Of a stretch of DNA of 64,000 nt, positions 56,998 to 64,000 are shown piece after piece. The stretch is from an uncultured bacterium (GTDB lineage Bacteria > Verrucomicrobiota > Verrucomicrobiia > Verrucomicrobiales > DEV007). The notes beneath the pieces are model-generated. The model worked only from the letters and a program-made list of their open reading frames with translations. It was not told the origin of the DNA and made no database searches. The DNA is taken from contig CAXBMO010000024.1 in the NCBI GenBank assembly GCA_963977015.1, positions 31,551-95,550 of the forward strand, given 5' to 3'. The translations under genes and the position numbers were made by a program. The stretch's first letter is position 1. Every line of letters starts with the position of its first letter.

Positions 56998-58809
56998 ATG
57001 GCATCGGACAAAAACATCGCAATTGACTTGGGAGCCCAATCCGTTGGAGCGGCGCTTTTCAGTCAAACGGGCAACGACCAGCTTGTCCTTGAGCAGTTCC
57101 TAAGCGAAGAACTTCTGGCGGATCCCGCGGCCGACGGCGCCCGGCTCGATCAAACCAAAGTCTCGATCGGGCAAATCGTCAAAGCGCTCAAGATCCGCAA
57201 GCAGTCGGTTCGCTACGCGCTCTCGACCCAGTCGGTGTTTACCCGTTTTGTCACCCTGCCACCACTTGAGTTTGATCAGGTTGATCAAATCGTCGGTTTC
57301 GAAGCTCAGCAACAGGTTCCCTTTCCGCTCGAGGAAGCAGTCTGGGATTACCAAACACTCGGCAGCCCTGATGACATTGAAGTTGAGGTGGTTTTGGTCG
57401 CGATTAAGGCGAACGAGCTGACGTCCATCGACAACACCATCCGCTCAAACGGGATGGAAACCGAAACGGTTGATCTCGCGCCTTTCGCGCTCTTCAACGC
57501 GTTTCGTTACAACTATCCCGACGTCGATAGCCCCGTCGTGCTGATCGACATCGGAGCGCGGACCACCAACCTGATTTACGTCGAGGGGAACAAGGTCTTT
57601 GTCCGCAGCATCAACGTCGGCGGAAGGGAAATTACCCAGGCGATTGCGAAGGAGTTCGATATCTCCTTTCAGGAGGCGGAACAACGCAAGATCGAGGACG
57701 GTTTCGTCGCCCTCGGCGGCGGCTATGCGGATCACGACGATCCGGAAATTGCGGCGATGTCGAAAGTCATTCGAAATGCGTCGACTCGCCTCCACTCTGA
57801 AATTGTCAGGACCAACAACTTCTACCGAAGCAATCAGGGCGGAAGCGCCCCGGCCATGGCTTTCCTTTGCGGCGCGGGCGCCGGCCTTCCCTACCTCAAC
57901 GAGTTCTTTCAGGAGAAGCTCAAGATTCCGGTCGAATACTTCAACGCGCTGCGGAACGTGAAACTCGGCAAGCGGGTTGATGAGCCGACCGTTACCCACA
58001 ATGCCCACGCCATGGGTGAGCTGATCGGCCTGGGTCTTCGCGGCCTGGGCAATTGCCCGATGGAACTGGACATGGTTCCTCCCATCGTTCAGCGCGAGCG
58101 GGACATTGCCAGACGAGCTCCCTACTTCTGGATTTCGACCATTGCTGCGGCACTCATGATTTTGGCGTCGGGGTTTTGGTTCAAACAAGCGGCCTCCTTT
58201 TCGGAGCGCAAATCGTCTGAGATCCGGGACAAAGTTGCCCAACTGCAATCCATCAACGACAAGATCGAGGCGGAAAACAAGCGCCTGGCGTCCATCAAAC
58301 AGCGCAGCGATCCTTACTCAGCAGCCATCTTCGATCGCGTTTATTGGATCGAGACCTTCCGCGAACTCAACGACGCAATGGTCGATGACAAGGTCTGGTT
58401 CGTTCAACTTCAGCCGCTTTCCGGCGACATGGCGCTGCTTCCGGAAGCGGGACCTTCTTCCGGCGACATCCTGGAACAGGGTGCCCTGGCTCAGGCCGGT
58501 GCCGGTAAGCACAAGATTGATTGGATCGAACTCAAAGGACTGTGGCGCGACAATGAAGCGCAGCAAAACCGGGTTGTTTATCAATACCTTGATCAGTTGC
58601 GTCAGGCCAAGGATGGTCGATTCGACATTGCCGAACGGGATGAGTTTCGCGCCCTCAAACGCGACACGGATGGCGAAATCATTAAGAAATATTCGGATGG
58701 AGAGCTCCTGCCTTTCCTGAATATGGGAACCAGCGGCGATCGACACGCCTGGCCCTTCACCCTGCGACTTCCGCTTCCGGAAGGGTATCAACTGCAATAT
58801 ACCAAATAA
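56998..58809 (+). CDS. Amuc_1101-family PilM-like actin-fold protein fused to a PilN-like region
   Basis: IAIDLG, FEAQQQVPFP...WDY, IDIGA.TTN, GG..IT.AI, LCGAGA, then a TM helix and coiled coil. Confidence 0.88.
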   Translation: MASDKNIAIDLGAQSVGAALFSQTGNDQLVLEQFLSEELLADPAADGARLDQTKVSIGQIVKALKIRKQSVRYALSTQSVFTRFVTLPPLEFDQVDQIVGFEAQQQVPFPLEEAVWDYQTLGSPDDIEVEVVLVAIKANELTSIDNTIRSNGMETETVDLAPFALFNAFRYNYPDVDSPVVLIDIGARTTNLIYVEGNKVFVRSINVGGREITQAIAKEFDISFQEAEQRKIEDGFVALGGGYADHDDPEIAAMSKVIRNASTRLHSEIVRTNNFYRSNQGGSAPAMAFLCGAGAGLPYLNEFFQEKLKIPVEYFNALRNVKLGKRVDEPTVTHNAHAMGELIGLGLRGLGNCPMELDMVPPIVQRERDIARRAPYFWISTIAAALMILASGFWFKQAASFSERKSSEIRDKVAQLQSINDKIEAENKRLASIKQRSDPYSAAIFDRVYWIETFRELNDAMVDDKVWFVQLQPLSGDMALLPEAGPSSGDILEQGALAQAGAGKHKIDWIELKGLWRDNEAQQNRVVYQYLDQLRQAKDGRFDIAERDEFRALKRDTDGEIIKKYSDGELLPFLNMGTSGDRHAWPFTLRLPLPEGYQLQYTK

Positions 58810-58821
58810 CTATTTTCCCGT

Positions 58822-59733
58822 ATGAAAGGATCTAAAGAACAATCGTTCTGGATTGGCTTTGCGATGGTCACGCTTCTCCTGGTTGGTGGAGCCATCTATT
58901 TTTTAATGACCTCACTGGGGACCTACCAGCTGTCGAGAGGCGACTTTGACAGCAAGGCTTCCCAACTTCGCGGACTGGAGCGATCAGCCCTGTATCCAAG
59001 CGAAGAAAACCTGACAAAACTCTCTGAGCAGATTGCGGGATTCGAGGTCGAAGTGAACAAGGTTCACGATCAACTCAAGGCGTTCCAGAAACCTCTCCCC
59101 TTGGTTTCCGATCAGGAGTTCCCGCCGCAATTGCGCGCCGCCAAGGAAGAATTCGAGCGGTATGCCATTCAAAACCTGGTGGTGACCCCATCAGATTTCT
59201 ATCTGGGAATGGGAACCTACCAAACCCAGCTCCCACGCCCGGGCGCGACCGGCATTCTAGCCTACGAGCTTGAGGCGATTCAGCACATCCTCAAAATCAT
59301 CATCGACAACGGAGCGACTGAGATCTATTCGCTCGACCGCGAGCAGACTGCGGTCGAATTGGGCCAGCCTGATCCTGAGCAGAGCGAACGCGTCGTCAAA
59401 TACACCTTCCAGGTGAGTTTTGAAACCACGCACCAGGGTTTTCAGGATTTCCTCAACAAAGTAAGCAACGATGACTCCTACTTCTTTATCGTGCGTGTCC
59501 TCCGGGTCGATAACGAGGAGAAACAGGGCCCTGAAAAAGTCGTGGCAAGACCTGTCGTCGTCCGGGACAAGGACGGCAATCCCGTGACCGATATTGAGGT
59601 GGACGGTGATGGAAATCCAATCTCCACCGACGATTACAAGGTCGAAGACGCAACCGTCATCTTTGGAGACGAAAAGCTCCGTGTCACCGCCGTCATTGAT
59701 CTCTGCCGCTTTCCCGAAACACCCGAGTCCTGA
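58822..59733 (+). CDS. Amuc_1100-family PilO-like protein
   Basis: N-terminal TM, coiled coil, YP..ENL, FYLG...Y, FF.VR..RV.NE, G.EKL; position follows the PilM-like gene. Confidence 0.75.
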   Translation: MKGSKEQSFWIGFAMVTLLLVGGAIYFLMTSLGTYQLSRGDFDSKASQLRGLERSALYPSEENLTKLSEQIAGFEVEVNKVHDQLKAFQKPLPLVSDQEFPPQLRAAKEEFERYAIQNLVVTPSDFYLGMGTYQTQLPRPGATGILAYELEAIQHILKIIIDNGATEIYSLDREQTAVELGQPDPEQSERVVKYTFQVSFETTHQGFQDFLNKVSNDDSYFFIVRVLRVDNEEKQGPEKVVARPVVVRDKDGNPVTDIEVDGDGNPISTDDYKVEDATVIFGDEKLRVTAVIDLCRFPETPES

Positions 59734-59760
59734 CACGACCGGATCCAATCCCTTTATTTG

Positions 59761-60771
59761 ATGAAGAAGAATAACTGGCTCGAACACAATTACGAAAAAG
59801 TCGTCATCTCGGTGGTGGCGCTTATTTGCCTCATTTTTGGCGTCAAAACCATCTTGAGCGCGACTTCGTTTTCCGAAACGTTTGTCCTGACGTCTCCTGC
59901 GCCCAAGAGCCAAATGCCAGAGGATGAGTCCTTCAAAATGAAGCTTTCTTCGGCGATCCTCAATGGTTCCTCCAGCTGGAAGGATCAGGAAATCAACATC
60001 GCCCCCGGCGCCGACAAAGAAGTGACCTTGTTGCGGTCCGTATGGATCATTGAGCACAACGGAAAACTCTTTGACCTCTCGAATCCCGAGGAAGAAATGC
60101 TTCGCCCTCCCATCGAAAACACCTGGTTGATCGAACACAAGGTCGATTTTTTGAGCCGTTCGGTGCTTGAAGATGATCCGGATGGGGACGGATACAGCAA
60201 CCTCGAAGAATGGGCCTCCAAAACCATTCCGGTCGACTCGGAAAGCCACCCTCCTTACACGGACAAACTCATGTTCGTGCAGCGTCAGCAACAGAGCTTC
60301 ATGATCACGTTCGCGGCGAGCAACCCTCCGGACTTTCAGATCAATACGGTGAGCTTCAGCGGAAAGCGCGACAGTGGATTCTACAAAATCGGGGACTCGT
60401 TTGAGAAAGGCCGGTTTACGATCCTTTCCTTCGAGGAAAAAGAAGCCATCAACAACGTCGGCATCAAAGACGATGTCTCCGAACTGACGGTCAAAGACAA
60501 CATGACCGAGCGGACTTTCAAACTCGTCCGCAAAGTGAAGACGAACTGGCCAACCTACTTTGCCGAATTCAACTTCACGCTGGTCCCCGAGCAGAGCAAA
60601 TTCTACGTTCGCGAAGGCCAAACCTTCACCCTGAATCTTGCTCCAACCAAGCCCTACAAGCTGTTGTCCGTTTCGGATACCGAAGCCACCATCCAAGCCG
60701 CTGGAGATAAGCCGGTGACGCTGAGCAAGGGTGCCCTCACGGCTCCCGGCAATGGTCTGGACGGATTCTAG
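59761..60771 (+). CDS. Amuc_1099-family pilus-system protein
   Basis: NYEK then a TM helix; DPDGDGYSNLEE...T.P Ca-binding-like repeat; cluster position. Confidence 0.7.
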   Translation: MKKNNWLEHNYEKVVISVVALICLIFGVKTILSATSFSETFVLTSPAPKSQMPEDESFKMKLSSAILNGSSSWKDQEINIAPGADKEVTLLRSVWIIEHNGKLFDLSNPEEEMLRPPIENTWLIEHKVDFLSRSVLEDDPDGDGYSNLEEWASKTIPVDSESHPPYTDKLMFVQRQQQSFMITFAASNPPDFQINTVSFSGKRDSGFYKIGDSFEKGRFTILSFEEKEAINNVGIKDDVSELTVKDNMTERTFKLVRKVKTNWPTYFAEFNFTLVPEQSKFYVREGQTFTLNLAPTKPYKLLSVSDTEATIQAAGDKPVTLSKGALTAPGNGLDGF

Positions 60772-60783
60772 CGCATCAGGCAA

Positions 60784-62958
60784 TCAGGAATACTTCACCT
60801 TTTTGCGCTTGGACTTCTTGACCTTCACTTGAGGCATCTTGGAGTTCTCCAATCCTGCCCGTTTGCGGAGTTCGGTGATTTGATCGCGCAACAGCGCCGC
60901 TCTTTCGAATTCCAGTCCTTGAGCAGCTTCCTGCATTTCTTCTTCCAGTTCCCGAAGCACTTCCAGAACATCGAAGTCTTCCCCCGTTTCCTTGACGACT
61001 GAACTCGCTTTGTCGGTTCCGCCCAAGACGATCCGGAGCCCTTCTTGAACCGCGCGCTTCACGCTCTTGGGTTCGATCCCGTGCTCTTCGTTGTATTCCT
61101 GCTGCTTGGTTCGTCGATATTCGCTGATGTCGATGAGCCGTTGCATGCTCTTGGTCACTTTATCGGCAAAGAGGACCACTTTCCCGTTCACATGACGGGC
61201 CGCTCTTCCCGCCGTCTGAATCAGGGACGTCTCACTGCGCAGGTAGCCCTCCTTGTCGGCGTCCAAAATACAAACAAGACTGACCTCCGGCAAATCCAGG
61301 CCTTCCCGCAACAGGTTGATGCCTACCAGGATGTCGAATTCGGCAGCCCGCAGTGCCCGCAGAATTTCAACCCGCTCCACCGCATCAATCTCGCTGTGCA
61401 GGTAGCGAACTTTCAGCCCCACGTTTCGCAGGTAGTCCGTTAAATCCTCGGCCGTGCGCTTGGTCAGCGTGGTAATGAGAACCCGCTCCTCCACTTCGAC
61501 GCGTTGCCGGCAATACTCGATCGTTTCATCAATCTGCCCACTCAAGGGCCGCAAATCGATGACGGGATCAAGCAAACCAGTTGGCCGAATGATCTGCTCC
61601 ACGATCAAGTCTTTGCCCGGCGTCGAAACATCAAATTCTGAAACGTCCTGCGCACTGCCGGACAATCTGGGGAGCCGCTCCGGAGTCGTTTCCACATCCC
61701 CAATCTTTTTCTTGCGGTGAGGGATGTAGCCAGTGTTCCCCACCCTGCTGTTCTCAATCTCAAATTTGGCCGGCGTCGCACTGACATACAGACGCTGATA
61801 GGTCATGTCCATGAACTCCTCAAACTTCAGCGGACGGTTGTCGAGCGCACTTGGCAGGCGGAACCCAAAATCCACCAGCGTCGTCTTTCGAGACCGATCT
61901 CCCTCATACATTCCGCCGACCTGGGGAACGGTCGCATGCGACTCATCAATCACCGTCAAAAAGCCCTCCGGAAAAAAGTCGATCAGGGTGTAGGGCTTTG
62001 ATCCCGGCGGTCGGTTCGTCAGGTGCCGACTGTAATTCTCAATCCCCTGACAGAATCCCATTTCCTGCATCATCTCGATGTCGTAATCCGTCCGCATCTT
62101 GATGCGCTGAGCTTCGAGGTATTTCCCCTCCCGCTCAAACTTCTCAATCACCTCCGTCAGCTCATCGCGGATCGCCTTGACCGCACGAGCCATTTTCTCT
62201 TTCGCAGTCACGAACTGCTTGGCCGGCCAGAAGGTGAATCGATCTACTTCGCCCTTCGAGTGCCCGCTCAACGGGTCAATAATCGAAATCCGATCAATCT
62301 CATCGCCAAAAAACTCCACCCGAACCGCTTCATTCTCCAACATCGCCGGATGAATCTCGACCACATCCCCGCGCACGCGAAACTTCCCCCGGCTGAACGC
62401 AATATCATTGCGCTCAAACAAAATGTCGACCAAGCCGCGAATCAATTCGTCGCGATCCATCTGTTGCCCCTTGACCACCGTCACCATCATCCCCTCGAAG
62501 TCCTCCGGTGATCCCAAGCCATAAATGCACGACACACTCGCGACCACCAACACATCTTCGCGAGTTAGAAGCGAGCCCATCGTTGAGAGGCGAAGCCGCT
62601 CAATTTCATCATTCACCGAGGAGTCCTTCTCGATGTAGGTATCGGTTCGCGGGATGTAGGCCTCGGGTTGGTAATAGTCGAAATAGCTGACGAAATACTC
62701 GACCGCGTTGTCGGGAAAAAAGTTCTTAAACTCGGAGTAGAGTTGCGCCGCCAACGTCTTGTTGTGGCTCATCACCAACGTCGGCTTTCCCAACTCGGCG
62801 ATGACGTTCGCCATCGTAAACGTCTTACCTGATCCCGTTACCCCAAGCAGGGTTTGGTGATGACTCCCGGCTTGAAGCGATTTGGTCAATTTCGCGATTG
62901 CCTGTCCCTGATCTCCTTGTGGGGAATACTCGCTGTTCAGGATGAAATTGGCTGGCAT
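60784..62958 (-). CDS. uvrB: Excinuclease ABC subunit B
   Basis: [35 protein letters not shown]-terminal FERAA..RD UVR domain. Confidence 0.97.
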   Translation of the reverse strand: MPANFILNSEYSPQGDQGQAIAKLTKSLQAGSHHQTLLGVTGSGKTFTMANVIAELGKPTLVMSHNKTLAAQLYSEFKNFFPDNAVEYFVSYFDYYQPEAYIPRTDTYIEKDSSVNDEIERLRLSTMGSLLTREDVLVVASVSCIYGLGSPEDFEGMMVTVVKGQQMDRDELIRGLVDILFERNDIAFSRGKFRVRGDVVEIHPAMLENEAVRVEFFGDEIDRISIIDPLSGHSKGEVDRFTFWPAKQFVTAKEKMARAVKAIRDELTEVIEKFEREGKYLEAQRIKMRTDYDIEMMQEMGFCQGIENYSRHLTNRPPGSKPYTLIDFFPEGFLTVIDESHATVPQVGGMYEGDRSRKTTLVDFGFRLPSALDNRPLKFEEFMDMTYQRLYVSATPAKFEIENSRVGNTGYIPHRKKKIGDVETTPERLPRLSGSAQDVSEFDVSTPGKDLIVEQIIRPTGLLDPVIDLRPLSGQIDETIEYCRQRVEVEERVLITTLTKRTAEDLTDYLRNVGLKVRYLHSEIDAVERVEILRALRAAEFDILVGINLLREGLDLPEVSLVCILDADKEGYLRSETSLIQTAGRAARHVNGKVVLFADKVTKSMQRLIDISEYRRTKQQEYNEEHGIEPKSVKRAVQEGLRIVLGGTDKASSVVKETGEDFDVLEVLRELEEEMQEAAQGLEFERAALLRDQITELRKRAGLENSKMPQVKVKKSKRKKVKYS

Positions 62959-62963
62959 GGCTG

Positions 62964-62995
62964 GTTCACGTTACGTTCAAAGGCCCATTCGGCAA
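62964..62995 (-). promoter_or_regulatory. Candidate uvrB promoter with a GAAC-N7-GAAC direct repeat around the -10
   Basis: Minus strand TTGCCG-N16-TAACGT. The plus strand shows GTTC(62964)-acgttac-GTTC(62975). Confidence 0.45.
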
Positions 62996-63095
62996 TCGCA
63001 GCTTCATCTACGCCCGCCGGTCGCAGCGAAAAAGCTCTTGCTGATTCATTCTAACGCAGCTACAAAATATCAAGACTTCTTAACTACCCTTTCAG

Positions 63096-63359
63096 ATGAC
63101 TAGCGAACTCACCCAAATTCTTATCGTCGGCATTTTGGCCGGCGTCATCATGGGCTCCATCCTTGCAGGAAAAGGCTTTGGCAAGATCGGCAATCTCCTC
63201 GTCGGTGTCGTTGGCGCGATCATTGGTTCCTATCTCACCAAATTCATCTCCATCAATCTCGGCTCGTTCACCTTGAATTTTGGCCAACTCGTTCTCGCGC
63301 TCATTGGCGCAACGATCTTCATTCTCCTGCTGAAGTTTTTCAGCCGGAAACGCGGCTGA
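63096..63359 (+). CDS. GlsB/YeaQ/YmgE (transglycosylase-associated) membrane protein
   Basis: Gly-rich three-helix pattern IVGILAG...GNLLVGVVGAIIG...ALIGA. Confidence 0.85.
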   Translation: MTSELTQILIVGILAGVIMGSILAGKGFGKIGNLLVGVVGAIIGSYLTKFISINLGSFTLNFGQLVLALIGATIFILLLKFFSRKRG

Positions 63360-63377
63360 CGCAACGCATCGCATCGC

Positions 63378-63510
63378 TCAAGCTGGAATCGCTTTTCCAG
63401 CATCAAATTGTCAATGGTCTGCCGTTGCGAATAACGAGGGCGACGTCTCCGTCGACCAGGATCTCGGCCGGAAGAGAGTGGGAGTTGTCGCCGGAGGCGA
63501 TCACAAAGCC
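63378..63510 (-). pseudogene. Decayed 3' fragment resembling diaminopimelate decarboxylase (LysA)
   Basis: With two frameshifts it reads GFVIASGDNSHSLPAEILVDGDVALVIR / RQTIDNL / AGKAIPA-stop, matching the LysA C-terminal pattern. Confidence 0.6.
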
Positions 63511-63614
63511 GGGGCACCGCTCCTCATGTACCTGAGCATTCACTACGGAGGCCCCACCCCTATTCGGGGAACTGGTTTTTCCGAGTCTTCCCCTGAACCT
63601 CTCACGCGGAATCG

Positions 63615-63642
63615 TTGACACCCCTCGCCGCAACCTCATATT
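63615..63642 (+). promoter_or_regulatory. Putative sigma70 promoter for a leaderless LRR gene
   Basis: TTGACA (63615-63620), 16 nt, CATATT (63637-63642), 6 nt, ATG at 63649. Confidence 0.5.
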
Positions 63643-63648
63643 CCGAGC

Positions 63649-64000
63649 ATGGGAGACAGCACAACCAAACTCACCCCCGAACAAGCCCTCGCCGAAGCGG
63701 AACGCCGCATCGCCGCAGCCCGGGAAACCGGGGCGAAATGGCTGGATTTGGGAGATCTGACGTTGGAGGAGTTGCCGGAGAGTTTGGGGACGTTGACGGG
63801 GTTGGAGACGTTGGCGCTGGGGTGGGTGCCGTTGGACAATCAAGGACAATGGGGTGATTGGCAATCTAAGCGAAACGCTTCCACCTTTTCCAACCTCGGG
63901 CCGCTGGCCGGGCTCAGCGCCCTCACCTCCCTCGACCTGATGGGGTGCAAGCAGGTGGGCGACCTCGGGCCGCTGGCCGGGCTCAGCGCCCTCACCTCCC
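63649..64000 (+). CDS. Partial leucine-rich-repeat protein (N-terminus; runs off the window end)
   Basis: MGDSTTKLTPEQALAEAERRIAAARETGAKWLDLGDLTLEELPESLGTLTGLETLAL...LGPLAGLSALTSLDLMGCKQVGDLGPLAGLSALTS. Confidence 0.85.
   Translation, partial: MGDSTTKLTPEQALAEAERRIAAARETGAKWLDLGDLTLEELPESLGTLTGLETLALGWVPLDNQGQWGDWQSKRNASTFSNLGPLAGLSALTSLDLMGCKQVGDLGPLAGLSALTS
63893..64000 (+). repeat. 69-bp-period tandem repeat encoding 23-aa LRR units
   Basis: 63893-63931 and 63962-64000 are identical over 39 nt. Confidence 0.9.

Noticed and set aside
61606-61746. Intein in UvrB
   Set aside because: Too short and lacks splice-junction residues; kept only as an insertion.
63893-64000. 39-bp repeats separated by 30 bp, superficially CRISPR-like
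   Set aside because: The period is exactly 23 codons, in frame within an LRR ORF; there are no cas genes or leader.

Overview
Gene-dense bacterial chromosomal window, almost certainly from a free-living Verrucomicrobiota member. This is inferred from the Amuc_1102-1099 pilus-like cluster, a DUF1552/DUF1592 pair, an H-X9-DG prepilin-type protein and several sulfatases. No rRNA, tRNA, CRISPR array, transposase or integrase was recognised. Housekeeping genes include fusA, mtnP, surE, dinB, thrC, cdsA, uvrB and two cyclophilins. The strongest candidate for an undescribed system is at 10514-18251 (minus strand): a minimal type VII-secretion-like module in a diderm organism. It has three helical WXG100-like proteins (two with a W-x-D-Q variant motif) and a membrane-anchored EccC/EssC-like FtsK ATPase. 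Directly upstream sit a TolC-family lipoprotein and a periplasmic adaptor with no inner-membrane pump of their own in the window. The second notable region is a GbsR/RfaH-headed Wzx polysaccharide locus (22026-35730). It carries a radical SAM-pyruvyltransferase fusion, two unrelated Fe/2OG dioxygenases sharing a C-terminal tail, and a frameshifted acyltransferase bracketed by imperfect direct repeats. Other oddities are a GH26-like protein apparently lacking its catalytic glutamates, an extended MurQ/GKRP-like SIS protein, an insertion in UvrB, a decayed lysA 3' fragment, and an LRR gene running off the window end. All family assignments come from reading motifs by eye; no database searches were run.
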